Origin: Candidatus Methylomirabilia bacterium
GTDB lineage: Bacteria; Methylomirabilota; Methylomirabilia; Rokubacteriales; CSP1-6
Length of the DNA stretch: 18,470 nucleotides
Reading direction: 5' to 3'
NCBI GenBank assembly: GCA_041492755.1
Contig: JBGPXN010000087.1
Span: 1-18,470, forward strand
The position numbers were made by a program, and so were the translations under genes. The notes under the pieces are model-generated. The model saw only the letters and a list, made by a program, of their open reading frames with translations, did not search any database and was not told the origin of the DNA. Shown here one piece after another: positions 17,881 to 18,470 of the stretch (within the stretch, counting starts at the first letter, position 1; every line of letters starts with the position of its first letter).

Positions 17881-17964
17881 CAGCGCCATCCGCGTCGCGT
17901 GGGGCACCGGCTCCTTGAGTACCTCCACGCGCTTGGCGGAGAGCTCGAGCGCCATGAACGTGAT
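17881..17964 (-). pseudogene. internal fragment of an ABC_sub_bind-type substrate-binding protein
   Basis: ITFMALELSAKRVEVLKEPVPHATRMAL resembles the ELxxKRLELLKExVP..xRVAVL segment of this family; no flanking coding context. Confidence 0.65.
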
Positions 17965-18072
17965 TCGAGCTGCGCCGGCACGACGTGGTCAAGGAGGTCT
18001 GAGCATGAAGGGCATCGGGTGAGCAGGTCGGGAGGGCGGCCCCCGAACGCGACGTGATTCCAGGGAGGTTTT

Positions 18073-18081
18073 TGGTACCAT
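18073..18081 (+). promoter_or_regulatory. putative extended -10 (TGnTACCAT) for the ABC transporter gene
   Basis: TGGTACCAT about 30 nt upstream of ATG 18111; overlaps the palindrome TGGTACCA. Confidence 0.4.
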
Positions 18082-18110
18082 TGGTCGCTTTACGGAGAGC
18101 AGCGCTGCCC

Positions 18111-18470
18111 ATGGCGACGAAGATCCAGATCAAGAATCTGCGAAAAGTCTACGACACCCCCGAGCGGCGGGTGCACGCGCTCGAGAACATCAACCTCGAC
18201 GTCGAGGACGGCGAGTTCCTCTGCTTCGTGGGGCTGTCGGGCTGCGGGAAGACCACCCTCCTCAACATCCTCGCCGGCTTCGTCGAGGTCACGGCCGGCC
18301 ACGTGGTGATGGACGGCAAGCCCCTGACCGACGACTACGATAAAGGCGTCGTGTTCCAGGAATACGCCCTCTTCCCCTGGCGGACGGCGCGCAAGAACGT
18401 GGAGTACGGCCTCGAAGTCCGGAAGGTGCCGGCCGAGAAGCGGAAACAGATCTCCCTGGATCTGCTCCGG
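18111..18470 (+). CDS. ABC transporter ATP-binding protein, NitT/TauT (SsuB/TauB-like); partial, runs off the window
   Basis: Manual translation: MATKIQIKNLRKVY...ALENINLDVEDGEFLCFVGLSGCGKTTLLNILAGF...GVVFQEYALFPWRTARKNVEYGL. Absent from the ORF track because there is no stop in the window. Confidence 0.93.
   Translation, partial: MATKIQIKNLRKVYDTPERRVHALENINLDVEDGEFLCFVGLSGCGKTTLLNILAGFVEVTAGHVVMDGKPLTDDYDKGVVFQEYALFPWRTARKNVEYGLEVRKVPAEKRKQISLDLLR

Overview
Very GC-rich bacterial DNA; the gene style suggests Rokubacteria/Methylomirabilota or a similar soil lineage (impression only). Three blocks. (1) 132-9192: a divergent stand-alone Pat-type GNAT acetyltransferase and a tightly packed operon (lipoprotein cytochrome c, acetate kinase, phosphoketolase-like enzyme, universal stress protein, ADP-forming acyl-CoA ligase). 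The operon has a sigma-54 -24/-12 promoter with a consensus IHF site and is faced by a convergent orphan NtrC-family activator. (2) 9437-11774: two internally deleted genes (gluconolactonase, probable SelA-like PLP enzyme) followed by an intact dihydropyrimidinase-family amidohydrolase. (3) 11921-17964: a minus-strand accessory, defence-like island. It holds an uncharacterised two-gene module (STAND-like P-loop ATPase overlapping a protein with a degenerate NTPase-like domain and 4.6 near-identical 123-bp TPR repeats, possibly CTG-initiated), an IS91-like HUH scar, ABC substrate-binding remnants, a probably leaderless Uma2 nuclease and tandem AAA_14/DUF4143 ATPases (one intact, one deleted). 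The window ends in a NitT/TauT-type ABC ATPase. The ATPase + TPR module is the best candidate for an undescribed system. All family calls come from motif recognition by eye, not database searches.
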